Below are positions 63,961-64,000 of a DNA stretch of 64,000 nucleotides, piece after piece; position 1 is the stretch's first letter; every line of letters begins with the position of its first letter. The translations under genes were made by a program, and so were the position numbers. The notes under the pieces are model-generated. The model was not told where the DNA came from. It worked only from the letters and a program-made list of their open reading frames with translations, and ran no database searches. Source of the stretch: Octopus sinensis (lineage: Eukaryota); the NCBI RefSeq assembly GCF_006345805.1, contig NC_043006.1:91512001-91576000 (forward strand). Reading direction: 5' to 3'.

Positions 63961-64000
63961 TGCATTACAGAGAAATGCAATATACTTATGCAATTGATTG

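Overview
This is a gene-poor, AT-rich animal genomic window saturated with microsatellites and transposable elements. The repeat landscape suggests an octopod cephalopod, which is an inference. No host protein-coding gene can be supported; most ORFs in the supplied track are translations of (TA)n, (CA)n, (CATA)n, (AAT)n or (CAT)n tracts. Recognisable content: at least five R4/Dong-type RT/REL retrotransposon copies associated with (AAT)n tracts; several Penelope-like elements (PLEs), including a long decayed RT/GIY-YIG copy and a hairpin-shaped insertion with 593-bp inverted arms; RTE-like LINE relics; a mariner relic; TIR MITEs; a Helitron-like element; and many tRNA-derived SINEs of at least three families. 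The most interesting signal is a composite non-coding element made of a tRNA-like Pol III head, an (AAT)n linker and a minimal type I hammerhead-ribozyme unit. It is seen at about 11.9-12.2 kb and 60.2-63.4 kb, each time with an inverted copy of the hammerhead unit fused to its 5' end, as in PLE insertions. A second hammerhead-like family with an atypical CUGUCGA core occurs at about 59.0 kb and 26.5 kb. Ribozyme activity and mobilisation routes are inferred, not shown. TE boundaries were estimated by eye.
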